DNA of 64,000 bases from an uncultured Clostridia bacterium (GCA_944392485.1 CALXWO010000002.1:23133-87132), one strand, 5' to 3'; positions 46,770 to 57,044 are shown, counted from the stretch's first letter. The notes: generated from the sequence alone by a model not told the origin. Numbers and translations: made by a program.

Positions 46770-46878
46770 TGAATGGGAAGTGAGAAGTGTGATGTGGGAT
46801 GTGTGAAATTAAGGTAAGCCTTGCGTAGAATAACCCTAAAACACACCTCACACTTCGCACATCACACTTCTTATTAAA
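46770..46878. repeat. Imperfect long inverted repeat (GTGA-rich arms)
   Basis: GAAGTGAGAAGTGTGATGTGGGATGTGTGA...TCACACTTCGCACATCACACTTC; the arm style resembles the AGTGAA repeat family. Confidence 0.5.
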
Positions 46879-46988
46879 ATTAAAAAAAGACTATATAATC
46901 TTGAATAATTTTAACAAAAGTGCTATTATATTAATGTTTAATAGTATAAATTTAAGTGATATAGATATTTTTAAAAAGAAAGGAGAGG

Positions 46989-47718
46989 ATAAGAATATTA
47001 GAATTAAAAAATATATGTTTTAATAGAGATAACAAAGATATACTAAAAGATATAAATCTAAAACTAGATACAGATAAATTTGTAGTAATAACTGGTCCAA
47101 ATGGATCTCGGAAAATCTACTCTTGCAAAAATAATAATGGGAATAGAAAAGCAAGATACTGGACAAGTTATTTTAGATGGAAAAGACATTTCAAAAAAAA
47201 GTATAGATAAAAGAGCAAAAGCAGGAATAGGATTTGCTTTTCAAAAGCCAGTTGAGTTTAAAGGAATAACAGTATATGACCTTTTAAAATTATCAGCTGA
47301 AAAAGAAATAAAAAGAAAAGAAGCATGTGAGATACTTTCAAAAGTAGGATTATGTGCAAGAGACTATGTAGATAGAGAGGTAAACAGCTCGCTATCAGGA
47401 GGAGAATTAAAAAGAATAGAAATTGCAACAGTAGCTGTTAGAAACTCTAAAGTAACAATCTTTGATGAACCAGAAGCAGGAATTGACTTATGGAGTTTTA
47501 ACAATTTAATACAAGTATTTGAAGACATGAGAAAAGTTATAAAAGGAACGATTATAATAATCTCTCATCAAGAGAGAATTTTAAATATAGCTGACGAAAT
47601 TATACTATTAAACAGTGGAAAAATAGAAAAAATAGGTAGCAAAGAAGAAGTGATGAGCGATATTTTAAAAACAGAACGAACAGGTTGTTGCAAAATAGGA
47701 GGTGCTGCTAATGGATAA
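46989..47718 (+). CDS. sufC: Fe-S cluster assembly ATPase SufC; one CGG +1 site in Walker A; start codon unresolved
   Basis: Skipping the C of CGG at 47109-47111 restores TGPNGSGKSTLAKIIMG. No ATG, GTG or TTG lies in frame downstream of RBS AAAGGAGAGG, so the start may be ATA or ATT near 46989-46998. Confidence 0.7.
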
Positions 47719-48628
47719 TGTAGATTTAGAATTACTAAAAGAAGTAGCAGATATAGATAGCACTCCTAAAGGTGCATATAACATCAGAAAAAATGGCAAA
47801 GGAATAGAAAGGCAAATTACAGAAAATATAAACATTGTGACAAAAGAAGATAAATCAGGAATAGATATTTTCGTAAAAGAAAATACAAAATTTGAATTTG
47901 TACATATTCCAGTTATCATTACAGAAAGTGGATTAAAAGATGTTGTATATAACGATTTTTACATAGGCAAAAATGCAGATGTAGTAATCATAGCAGGATG
48001 TGGAATACATAATGACCATCATAAAGACTCGCAGCACGATGGAATTCATAGATTCTTCTTAGAAGAAGGTGCAAAAGTAAGATATATAGAAAAACATTAT
48101 GGAGAAGGAAAGGGAACTGGAAAAAGAGTACTAAATCCTGTAACAGAAGTGCACCTAAAATCTGGTAGCTCATTTGAAATGGAAAGCGTACAAATAAAGG
48201 GAGTAGATTCTACAATAAGAGTTACAAAGGGAATTTTAGAAGACAATACAAATTTAGTAGTGTCTGAAAAAATAATGACACATGGAACTCAAACTGCAAA
48301 AACAGAATTTAATGTAGAGCTAAATGGAGAAAATGCAAGCACCCATGTAACATCTAGATCAGTAGCTGTAGATAAATCAGTTCAAGAATTTAAATCAAAT
48401 GTTGTAGGAAACTCAAAATGCTTTGGACATGTGGAATGTGATGCAATAATAAAAGATAAAGCAAAGGTAATTGCAATACCAGAAATCATAGCAAACAATG
48501 TAGAAGCAAACTTAATACACGAAGCAGCAATTGGGAAAATAGCAGGAGAGCAATTAACAAAACTAATGACATTAGGGCTAAGTGAAAAAGAAGCAGAAGA
48601 ACAAATAATACAAGGTTTCCTTAAATAG
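47711..48628 (+). CDS. Fe-S cluster assembly protein SufB/SufD family
   Basis: SufB/D beta-helix-like C-terminal region; the start overlaps the sufC stop; RBS AGGAGGTG. Confidence 0.7.
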   Translation: MDNVDLELLKEVADIDSTPKGAYNIRKNGKGIERQITENINIVTKEDKSGIDIFVKENTKFEFVHIPVIITESGLKDVVYNDFYIGKNADVVIIAGCGIHNDHHKDSQHDGIHRFFLEEGAKVRYIEKHYGEGKGTGKRVLNPVTEVHLKSGSSFEMESVQIKGVDSTIRVTKGILEDNTNLVVSEKIMTHGTQTAKTEFNVELNGENASTHVTSRSVAVDKSVQEFKSNVVGNSKCFGHVECDAIIKDKAKVIAIPEIIANNVEANLIHEAAIGKIAGEQLTKLMTLGLSEKEAEEQIIQGFLK

Positions 48629-48660
48629 CAATTCTAGGGAACATCCCTAGAATTGCTATT

Positions 48661-48772
48661 AGTGAAGAACTAAAAGTGAAAGGTGAATAGTAAATGAGGA
48701 TTTTTTGTTGATTTGGGCAAAAAATCAACTTATGCTTTTAACTCTTCACTTTTTGCTCTTCGCTAAATTTGT
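48661..48772. repeat. AGTGAA inverted-repeat element (MITE-like), copy 1
   Basis: AGTGAAGAACTAAAAGTGAAAGGTGAATAGTAAATGA, a central palindrome TTTTTTGTTGATTT...AAAAAATCAAC, then a reverse-complement arm TTTTAACTCTTCACT; roughly 85% identical to the copy at 55254. Confidence 0.7.
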
Positions 48773-48788
48773 GAAACAAATTTAACAT

Positions 48789-48864
48789 TGGGGTGTCGCC
48801 AAGCGGTAAGGCATCGGACTCTGACTCCGACATTTCGTAGGTTCGAATCCTACCACCCCAGCCA
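48789..48864 (+). tRNA. tRNA-Gln (anticodon CTG)
   Basis: TGGGGTGTCGCCAAGCGGTAAGGCATCGGACTCTGACTCCGACATTTCGTAGGTTCGAATCCTACCACCCCAGCCA; canonical tRNA-Gln architecture with anticodon loop CTCTGAC. Confidence 0.85.
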
Positions 48865-48884
48865 AACTTGCCATTGGCAAGAAT

Positions 48885-48985
48885 TAAGAATGAAAAGTAA
48901 AGAGTGAAAAGTAGCAAAAGTAAAGTCTTTGGAGTGAACTTAAAGGCAAGTTTGTACTTTTCATTTTTCATTCTTCACTATTAAG
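48885..48985. repeat. AGTGAA-type inverted repeat downstream of tRNA-Gln
   Basis: GAAAAGTAAAGAGTGAAAAGTAGCAAAAGTAAAG...CTTTTCATTTTTCATTCTTCACT; imperfect inverted repeat. Confidence 0.5.
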
Positions 48986-49013
48986 AGCAATTGTCATCAA
49001 TTAAGAGGTAATT

Positions 49014-49538
49014 ATGAACAAACAAATTTTAAGAAATAAATATTTAAAGATTAGAAAAAATATAAACAACAAAAAAGAAATAGATGATATAATATTCAAC
49101 AAAGTTATTAGTTTAAAAGAATATAAAGAAAGTAATTTGGTTTTAACATATGTATCTTTAAAAGACGAAGTAGATACTTTTAAGCTAATAGAATATAGTC
49201 TAAAAATTGGTAAAAAAGTAGCTGTTCCAAAATGTGAAGGAGATATTATAAAGTTTTACCTTATTAGCAATTTAACTGATTTAAAAAAAGGTAAGTTTAA
49301 TATATTAGAACCTATAACAAATAATGTAGTAACAGATTTTAAAAACAGTATATGTATTATTCCAGGAGTTGCATTTGACAAACAAAACAATAGAATAGGA
49401 TATGGGAGAGGATTTTATGATAAATTTTTGCACAACTATGATGGAACAAAAGTAGGATTAGCATATAAGGAATGCATATGTGAAAAAATAGACATTGAAA
49501 AAACAGATATAAAGATGGATAAAATTGTTTGTGATTAA
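49014..49538 (+). CDS. 5-formyltetrahydrofolate cyclo-ligase
   Basis: 174 aa; the C-terminal GVAFDKQNNRIGYGRGFYDKFL motif is characteristic of MTHFS. Confidence 0.7.
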   Translation: MNKQILRNKYLKIRKNINNKKEIDDIIFNKVISLKEYKESNLVLTYVSLKDEVDTFKLIEYSLKIGKKVAVPKCEGDIIKFYLISNLTDLKKGKFNILEPITNNVVTDFKNSICIIPGVAFDKQNNRIGYGRGFYDKFLHNYDGTKVGLAYKECICEKIDIEKTDIKMDKIVCD

Positions 49539-49542
49539 ACAA

Positions 49543-49668
49543 ATTGAGATTTGAAACGGAAAGGGACAGACCCCTTTTGTTTCTCTAGTTTGAAATTTCT
49601 AATACTAGTTAATTGCAGTTTTCCAAAACGAAAGGGGTCTGTCCCTTTCCGTTTCAAATCTCAATTTA
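49543..49668. repeat. Large perfect inverted repeat (GGGACAGACCCC family)
   Basis: AATTGAGATTTGAAACGGAAAGGGACAGACCCCTTTT and its exact reverse complement, 36 bp each, separated by about 53 nt. Confidence 0.8.
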
Positions 49669-49684
49669 TAGGGAGGTAAAAACA

Positions 49685-50206
49685 ATGAAAGTAATGTGCA
49701 TATCAGATATACATGGTAGTATAGAAAATCTTAAAAAAGCAATAGAAAGATTCCATGAAGAAAGTGCTGAAAAGTTATTAATATTAGGGGATTTTTCTAG
49801 TTATTATTATTCTTCAAGTGATTTTGAAGTAGCAGAAATGTTAAATAATATGGCAGGAGCAATTATTGCGGTAAAGGGAAATTGTGATAATAGCCATATA
49901 GATGAACTTTTTAATTTTGGTTTAGGGTATTTAAAAACAATTGAATTTAATGGGTTAAAAGTTACATTAACGCATGGGCATATATATAATAGAAATAATT
50001 TACCAGAAAATTGTGGAGAAATATTTTTATCCGGACATACACATGTTGGAATGATAGAAAAAATAGGTGATAGAATAATTGCAAATCCTGGTTCTATTTC
50101 TAAACCAAGAGGTGGAACTAAAAAAAGTTATTTAATATTAGACGAAGAGAGTATAAAATTAAAAGCATTAGGGGGAGAATTAATTAAATCTGTTAAGTTA
50201 CATTAA
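49685..50206 (+). CDS. YfcE/MJ0936-family metallophosphoesterase
   Basis: DIHGS...GDF...GNCD...GHTH motifs; RBS GGGAGG. Confidence 0.7.
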   Translation: MKVMCISDIHGSIENLKKAIERFHEESAEKLLILGDFSSYYYSSSDFEVAEMLNNMAGAIIAVKGNCDNSHIDELFNFGLGYLKTIEFNGLKVTLTHGHIYNRNNLPENCGEIFLSGHTHVGMIEKIGDRIIANPGSISKPRGGTKKSYLILDEESIKLKALGGELIKSVKLH

Positions 50207-50381
50207 TTAATATTAATCTAAATGTAAAAATAGGGGGTTACTATTAACAAGTAACCCTCATTTTTTTAGGAGGTAATTATGGAGGTAAAATTAGAATATA
50301 TTCTGAAAAACTTAAAAAAACCCTTTTCAATTTACAACTATATGTGATACAATATTTAAGAATTTGAATGGGGGTTTTATA

Positions 50382-51086
50382 ATGGATATAGCATATAAAA
50401 GGGTGCTTCTAAAATTAAGTGGAGAAGCATTAGCCGGAAAAAATAAAAATGGAATTGATGCAGAAACAGTTGCAAAAATTTGTGACAAAATAAAAGAAAT
50501 AGTAGATATGGGAGTAGAAGTTTCAATAGTAGTAGGAGGAGGAAACTTTTGGAGAGGTAGATACGGTCACGAAATGGAAAGAACAACTTCAGACTACATG
50601 GGAATGCTTGCAACAACAATTAATGGTTTAGCTCTTCAAGATGCTTTAGAATCAAGAGGAATATTTACAAGGCTTCAGACAGCAATAGAAATGAGAGAAA
50701 TTGCAGAACCATATATAAAAAGAAAAGCAATAAAACATCTAGAAAGAGGAAGAGTAGTTATATTTGCTTGTGGAACTGGTAATCCATATTTTTCAACAGA
50801 TACAGGAGCAGCTTTAAGAGCAGCAGAAACAGATTCAGAAGTAATATTACTTGCAAAAACAATAGATGGAGTATATTCTGCAGATCCAAAAGAAGATCCT
50901 AGCGCAGTAAAATACGATGAGATTACATATTTAGATATTTTAAACAAAGATTTAAAAGTTATGGATTCAACAGCAACATCATTATGTAGAGACAATAAAA
51001 TACCACTTGTAGTGTTTGGAATAGATGACCCAGAAAACATTGTAAGGATAATAAAGGGCGAAAAAATAGGAACACTAGTAAAATAA
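50382..51086 (+). CDS. pyrH: UMP kinase
   Basis: [12 protein letters not shown]...[10 protein letters not shown] motifs. Confidence 0.95.
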   Translation: MDIAYKRVLLKLSGEALAGKNKNGIDAETVAKICDKIKEIVDMGVEVSIVVGGGNFWRGRYGHEMERTTSDYMGMLATTINGLALQDALESRGIFTRLQTAIEMREIAEPYIKRKAIKHLERGRVVIFACGTGNPYFSTDTGAALRAAETDSEVILLAKTIDGVYSADPKEDPSAVKYDEITYLDILNKDLKVMDSTATSLCRDNKIPLVVFGIDDPENIVRIIKGEKIGTLVK

Positions 51087-51128
51087 ATGAAAAAAATCAA
51101 ACTATAAAATAGAAGGAGAGATTAAATT

Positions 51129-51677
51129 ATGGATTTTAAACATATTGAAGAAAAAATGGAAAAGACATTAAGTGTATTACAAGAAAATTTTGCAGAAGTA
51201 AGAGCAGGTAGAGCAAATCCTGCAATATTAAACAAAGTTAAAGTAGATTATTACGGAACACCTACACCAATAAACCAAGTAGCTGGGATTTCAGTACCAG
51301 AAGCAAGACTAATAGTTATTCAACCTTGGGATGCTTCTCTTTTAAAAGAAATAGAAAAAGAAATAATAAAAGCAGAAATTGGAATTAATCCAAATAATGA
51401 TGGAAAAGTTATAAGACTTGCTTTTCCAGAACTAACAGAAGAAAGAAGAAAAGAGTTAGTAAAAGAAATTAAAAAAACAGCAGAAGAAGCAAAGGTATCA
51501 ATTCGTTCAGTAAGAAGAGAAGGAATAGACGAAGCTAAAAAAATGCAAAAAGATAACCAAATGACAGAAGACGAATTAAAATCTGCAGAAGATCAAATTC
51601 AAAAAATAACAGACACAAAAATAGCAGAAGTAGATAAAATTCTAGCGGAAAAAGAAAAAGAAATAATGAGTGTGTAG
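51129..51677 (+). CDS. frr: Ribosome recycling factor
   Basis: Full-length Frr-like sequence; pyrH-frr order. Confidence 0.95.
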   Translation: MDFKHIEEKMEKTLSVLQENFAEVRAGRANPAILNKVKVDYYGTPTPINQVAGISVPEARLIVIQPWDASLLKEIEKEIIKAEIGINPNNDGKVIRLAFPELTEERRKELVKEIKKTAEEAKVSIRSVRREGIDEAKKMQKDNQMTEDELKSAEDQIQKITDTKIAEVDKILAEKEKEIMSV

Positions 51678-51680
51678 AAA

Positions 51681-52746
51681 ATGAATATTAAAAATTTAAC
51701 CCAAAAACAAAAAATAATTTTAAGTATTTTAATAGTAAGTTTGTCAATAATATTATTAGGAATTGCAGTATTTGGATTAGTAAAAACAATTAAAAAACAA
51801 AAAACTGTGGAAGCAGCAAATCTTGAAGAGAAAAACGAAAACATACAAGTAAATCAAAATGTAGTAGATAATAGTGAGATAAGCATAGAAGATTTAACAA
51901 ATGAAGTACAAGAAAATAATATAAATCAAGATGCTGAGAAACAAACAAGTAAAAAAAGTGGTTCAACATCTAGTAGTGGATACAAGTATTATATAAAAGT
52001 AAATTATGGTGCAAATACTGTTACAATTTATACAAAGGACTCAGATGGAAATTATACTGTACCATATAAAGCAATGGTGTGTTCAACAGGAACTGCAACA
52101 CCTAAATCTGGTGTATATAAAATACAAAACAGATGGCGTTGGCTTGGATTAATTGGTGGAGTATATGGGCAATATAGTACTCAAATTGTTGGAAACATAT
52201 TATTTCACTCAGTTCCATATTTAGAAAAATCGCAAGATTCTTTAGAATATTGGGAATATGATAAATTGCGGAACTTCTTGTTCTGCTGGTTGTATTAGGT
52301 TAACAGTTAAAGATGCAATATGGATTTACAATAATATACCAAGGGGAACATCAGTAGAATTTTATTCATCAAGTAACCCAGGACCACTTGGAAAACCATC
52401 AGCAAAAAAAATCTCTGGAAATAAAGAGTGCAGAAATTGGGATCCAACAGACCCAAGCAGTAAAAATCCATGGCGTACATATAATAAAAATCAAAATACA
52501 ACTGATAAAGACAAAGAACAAAACAACAATAAAGATGAAGATAAAAAGCCAACAAATAATACAACGCAAAACAATGTAACTAATAATACAACTAATACAA
52601 CACAAAATAATACGGTACAAAACAATACTACTGTAAATAACACAACGGAAAATAATGTAACAGAAAACAACACAATAGAAAATGCAGTTGTAAATAATAC
52701 TGTAGAAAACAATATAAACAATGTAATAAATAATAACAAGATATAA
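51681..52746 (+). CDS. L,D-transpeptidase (YkuD domain) with Asn/Thr-rich C-terminal repeats; one CGG +1 site
   Basis: Skipping the C of CGG at 52269-52271 gives ...EYDKL-GTSCSAGCIRLTVKDAIW (catalytic Cys motif). The C-terminus is low-complexity NNTTQNNVTNNT repeats. Confidence 0.65.
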
Positions 52747-52770
52747 TGTAGGGGCGAACAGTGTTCGCCC
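52747..52770. repeat. REP-like palindrome family B
   Basis: TGTAGGGGCGAACAGTGTTCGCCC. Confidence 0.75.
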
Positions 52771-52968
52771 TTAAAATTTATTATAATATTGTTATTTTTT
52801 ATAATATAATGTAGAAAAAAGCAGATGAAAAATTATTGACATTCACTAGTAAATATAATATATAAATATCATATTTAATCTAAAATATAATTGCAGTTCT
52901 TGTAATTATTATTTCCAAAATATTGAAATTAAAAAATAATAATGGTATAATAAAAAAGGTGAACCTTT

Positions 52969-53232
52969 TTGCCAATTATTTCACAATTTTATGGAATTAT
53001 TGTATCAATATATTTTAATGATAATGATAAGCACAAATTGCCACACATACATGTTAGATATAATGAATATAAAGCAACATATGATTTTGAAGCAAATATA
53101 ATAAATGGTTTTTTACCAATAAAACAAACTAAGTTAATTGAAGCATGGATAATAATACATAAAGAAGAACTTGAAACATTATGGAAGGTAATGGAAGAAG
53201 AAGGTAGAATTTTTAAAATAAAGCCTTTATAA
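52969..53232 (+). CDS. DUF4160 protein
   Basis: TTG start after RBS AAAGGTGA; IVSIYFNDNDKHKLPHIHVRYNEYKA is the DUF4160 signature. Confidence 0.6.
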   Translation: MPIISQFYGIIVSIYFNDNDKHKLPHIHVRYNEYKATYDFEANIINGFLPIKQTKLIEAWIIIHKEELETLWKVMEEEGRIFKIKPL

Positions 53233-53248
53233 ATTAGGGGGAGAAATT

Positions 53249-53518
53249 ATGGATTTAATACCGGATGTAATAGAAGTAAAAGCACTAAATAATTATGATA
53301 TATATATAAAATTTAAAAATGGAGAAGAAAAAATTTACAATATGAAGGAACATATAAATACAATTAAGTATTTTTATAGATTAAAAGATAAGGATTATTT
53401 TAAAAGAGTTATTCCGAGAGGCGATACAGTAGAATGGGAAAACGGAGAAGACGTCGCTCCAGAAAATTTATATTTTAAAAGTGTACCAATAAATGAATAT
53501 AATGGAAATATAGATTAA
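53249..53518 (+). CDS. DUF2442 protein
   Basis: 89 aa; partner of DUF4160 in a two-gene cassette; a hairpin terminator follows. Confidence 0.6.
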   Translation: MDLIPDVIEVKALNNYDIYIKFKNGEEKIYNMKEHINTIKYFYRLKDKDYFKRVIPRGDTVEWENGEDVAPENLYFKSVPINEYNGNID

Positions 53519-53621
53519 GTAAAAAGCTTTTTGAAATTTATTTTCAAAAAGCTTTCATTTTTTTTATATATTATGATAGAATAGTAACAGAAAAATTTGT
53601 ATAGAAAGGCAACCATATATT

Positions 53622-54341
53622 ATGGAAGAAATTGATAAAAATAATTTACCAAACCATATTGCAATAATTATGGACGGAAACAGAAGATGGGCAAAGTCAC
53701 AAGGACTTGCAACTAGAGACGGACACAAAGCAGGAGCAGATGCTTTAGAAAATATATCTCAATTTTGCAACGAAATAGGTATAAAATATTTAACTGTTTA
53801 TGCTTTTTCAACAGAAAACTGGAAGAGAAGCAAAGAAGAAGTTTCAGCTTTAATGGCAATTCTTAGGCTATATTTGGATTCATTTTTAAAAGAAAAAAAC
53901 AAGCAAAACATAAAAATAAAAATATTAGGAGAAATAGAAGATTTATCAAAAAGTTTGCAAAATTCAATAAAAAGAGCAATAGAACAAACAAAAAACAACA
54001 CAGGACTTACATTAAATATTGCATTTAATTATGGAGGAAGACCTGAGATTGTAAGAGCAATGAAAAACATTGCAGAAGAGGTTAAAGAAGGAAAAATAAA
54101 TATAGAAGATATAAATGAAGATTTGATATCTAATCATTTATACACAGCCGGACAGCCAGATCCAGATTTATTAATAAGAACCAGTAATGAACTTAGAACC
54201 AGTAATTTTTTGCCATGGCAACTAGTGTATACAGAATTTTATTTTCCAGATAAAAATTGGCCAGAATTTACTAAAGAAGATTTATTGGAAGCAATTAAAG
54301 TATATCAAAAGAGAAATAGAAGATTTGGAGGAAGACCGTAA
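53622..54341 (+). CDS. uppS: Undecaprenyl pyrophosphate synthase
   Basis: HIAIIMDGNRRWA and cis-prenyltransferase motifs. Confidence 0.95.
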   Translation: MEEIDKNNLPNHIAIIMDGNRRWAKSQGLATRDGHKAGADALENISQFCNEIGIKYLTVYAFSTENWKRSKEEVSALMAILRLYLDSFLKEKNKQNIKIKILGEIEDLSKSLQNSIKRAIEQTKNNTGLTLNIAFNYGGRPEIVRAMKNIAEEVKEGKINIEDINEDLISNHLYTAGQPDPDLLIRTSNELRTSNFLPWQLVYTEFYFPDKNWPEFTKEDLLEAIKVYQKRNRRFGGRP

Positions 54342-54410
54342 AAGAGTAAGCAAGGCTTACTATAGTGAAGAGTTAAAAATGAATAATAAAAATAATAGAA
54401 AGGGGAATAT

Positions 54411-55217
54411 ATGAAGTTAAAAAGAGTATTAAGTGGAATAATAGGTCTGCCAATTGTAGCATTAATTTTAATTTATGGTAATATATATGTAATAGATGTA
54501 GTATTTTCAGTTGTGGCAATTATAGCAATTCATGAATACTTTAATAGCTTTAAAAAGGAATTTAAGCCAGTCAAATGGCTTGGGTATGTAGCATGCATAC
54601 TCATAGCAGTTATACATATAATACCAAAAGAATATTTGTTATTTACAGCAGCACTTACATTATCTCTAATAGTTGCAATTTTATTTATAAAAGTTATTGG
54701 AAGCAATATGAAAACAACTATACTTGATATAATGATAACACTATTTGGAATATGTTATATAACATTCTTTCTAAGCTTTATACCTTTACTTTATGGAATG
54801 GAAAATGGAAAATATTTAATTTGGTTTATATTAATTGCAGCATGGGGAACAGACACATGTGCATACTTGGTAGGATGTAAATTTGGAAAACATAAATTTA
54901 CTAAAATAAGCCCTAAAAAATCAAAAGAAGGCTGTATAGGAGGAACACTTGGAGCTGTAATTATAGGTGTTATATATGCAATATGTATAAACAAGTTTGC
55001 AGGAATTGAAATTTCTTGGATATATATAGCAGGAATTACATTTGTATTAAGTATTTTAAGTCAAATTGGAGATTTAGCAGCATCAACAATAAAAAGAACA
55101 GCAGGAATAAAAGATTTTGGAAATTTAATTCCAGGACATGGAGGAATGTTAGATAGAATAGATAGCATAATATTTATAGCACCATTTGCATATTTCTTAT
55201 TGAATTTAATTATATAA
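54411..55217 (+). CDS. cdsA: Phosphatidate cytidylyltransferase
   Basis: CTP_transf_1 C-terminal signature (GDL.AS..KR...KDF...PGHGG..DR.DS). Confidence 0.9.
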   Translation: MKLKRVLSGIIGLPIVALILIYGNIYVIDVVFSVVAIIAIHEYFNSFKKEFKPVKWLGYVACILIAVIHIIPKEYLLFTAALTLSLIVAILFIKVIGSNMKTTILDIMITLFGICYITFFLSFIPLLYGMENGKYLIWFILIAAWGTDTCAYLVGCKFGKHKFTKISPKKSKEGCIGGTLGAVIIGVIYAICINKFAGIEISWIYIAGITFVLSILSQIGDLAASTIKRTAGIKDFGNLIPGHGGMLDRIDSIIFIAPFAYFLLNLII

Positions 55218-55253
55218 ATTATATAAATTGTAATTTGCTTTGCAAATTACAAT

Positions 55254-55352
55254 AGTGAAAAACTAAAAGTGAAAAGTGAATAGTAAATGAATATTTTTTG
55301 TTGATTTCAACAAAAAATCAACAATTACTTTTAACTCTTCGCTCTTAACTTT
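55254..55352. repeat. AGTGAA inverted-repeat element (MITE-like), copy 2, followed by a 36-bp perfect palindrome
   Basis: AGTGAAAAACTAAAAGTGAAAAGTGAATAGTAAATGAATATTTTTTGTTGATTTCAACAAAAAATCAAC...TTTTAACTCTTCGCTCTTAAC; then CTGTAATTTGTATGAAT|TT|ATTCATACAAATTACAG at 55356-55391. Confidence 0.7.
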
Positions 55353-55413
55353 TAACTGTAATTTGTATGAATTTATTCATACAAATTACAGTTTATAGAA
55401 AGGAAACAAAGAT

Positions 55414-56681
55414 TTGATTTCATTTTTAATAACTGTAATAAAAATAATATTCTTATTAGGATTTTTAATTTTTATCCACGAAAGTGGTCATTTTTTAGTT
55501 GCAAAAGCATGTAAGATAAAGGTTAAAGAATTTGCAATAGGATTTGGACCAACAATTTGGAGAAAACAAGGAAAAGAAACAAAATATGCTCTAAGACTTA
55601 TACCACTACGGTGGATTTGTAAATATGATAGGAGAAGAAGAACGTTCTGAAGAGGAAGGTTCTTTTAGTAAGGCAAGCATTCCCAAGAGAATAGCAGTAG
55701 TTTTTGCAGGGGGATTTGTAAATATAGTTTTTGGATTACTTGTATATTTTATATTAGTATCAAGCACTGGAAATTATATATCAACAACTATAGAAAGCAT
55801 AAGTCCAAATTATGCAGCAGAACAATCTGATTTGCAAGTAGGAGATAAAATATTAAAAATTAATAATAAAACAGTAAGATTAAAAAGTGATATAGACGAA
55901 AGTATGCAAAGCTCAAATGGAGAAAAAGTTACAATTACTATTCAAAGGCAAAATGAAATAAAAGACATAAAACTTGTTCCAACAGAAGAAATAACAAAAA
56001 ATATAGGTATATATTTAGGAATAGAGGGAGAAAACTTAACCTCTGAAATTAAAAGCTTATATGCAAATGGACCTGCTCAAATGCAAGGAGTACAGGCAGG
56101 AGACATTATAACTAAAGTAGATGGAACAGAATGCAAGAATGACCCATATAAAATTGTAGAACTAATTTCTAATAGTAAAAACGAAAAAATAAATATAGAA
56201 GTAGAAAGAGCAGGAGAGAAAAAAACATTTGAAATATATCCAGAAATACAAAAAACATACAAAATTGGCGTAACATTTGCTCTAGCAGATGGTACATTTT
56301 TAAATAATATATATTATGGATTTTGGGACACAATAGATTTTTCTGTATCAATAATAGATAATCTAAAAATGTTATTCTCAGGTCAGGTAAGTGCAGACCA
56401 ACTAATGGGACCTATTGGAATATCAGAAGTTGTGTCTAAAACAGAAGGATTAGTAGAATTTATCTATTTACTTGCACTAATATCATTATCACTTCGGAGT
56501 GACAAATCTTTTACCATTTCCACCGCTTGATGGAGGAAAGATAGTGATATTAATAATAGAAGGAATTAGAAAAAAACCATTAAAAGAAAATGTAGAAATA
56601 GGAATACAAATGGCAGGCTTCTGCCTTCTTATTGGATTATCAATATTTGTAGGATATAACGATATATTGAGAATATTTTAA
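55414..56681 (+). CDS. rseP: RIP metalloprotease RseP (site-2 protease); two CGG +1 sites
   Basis: TTG start at 55414; HESGH zinc motif. Skipping the C of CGG at 55609-55611 gives ALRLIPL-GGFVNMIGEE; skipping the C at 56495-56497 gives ALISLSL-GVTNLLPFPPLDGG (LDG motif); a PDZ domain lies between. Confidence 0.8.
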
Positions 56682-56732
56682 TCAATTCTAGGAAATGTTC
56701 CAAATGGTACAAACAAAAATAATTACAAAAGT

Positions 56733-56786
56733 TGTAGGGGCCGAACTGTGTTTGCCCGCTCTTCGAAGAAATTGCTAAAATAAAAC
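56733..56786. repeat. REP-like palindrome family B with shared 3' extension
   Basis: TGTAGGGGCCGAACTGTGTTTGCCC then CTCTTCGAAGAAATTGCTAAAATAAAAC, paralleling 46709-46760. Confidence 0.7.
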
Positions 56787-57044
56787 ATAATCTGTTAAAA
56801 ACATAAATTTATTCAGCTCCTCGGCTCAATACGTGTTTTAGCAATTCTAGCGTAAAATTGAACGAGCCTCTCGGTCTCCCGCTTCCTCCTTCAATTTTCC
56901 TTAAGAATTGCACAAACACTCCAATCACATTCGTCGCTTCATAAATTGATGTGCTTTAACAGATTTAATAAATAATTAATTATATAATTTTAAGATAAAA
57001 AAACTTACACAAATTCCAATTTTACGAGAGGATGAAAATACAAA

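Noticed and set aside
52380-52746. Overlapping small ORFs (52388-52579 +, 52399-52620 -, 52491-52739 -) in the Asn/Thr-rich region
   Set aside because: They fall within the low-complexity repeat-encoding 3' end of the L,D-transpeptidase gene. The repetitive AAT/ACA codons keep alternative frames open.
56793-56950. Hidden protein-coding gene on the minus strand in the rseP-polC spacer (RBS-like GAAGGAGG present)
   Set aside because: No start codon at sensible spacing and no ORF of meaningful length, so it is reported only as an unexplained IR-flanked segment.
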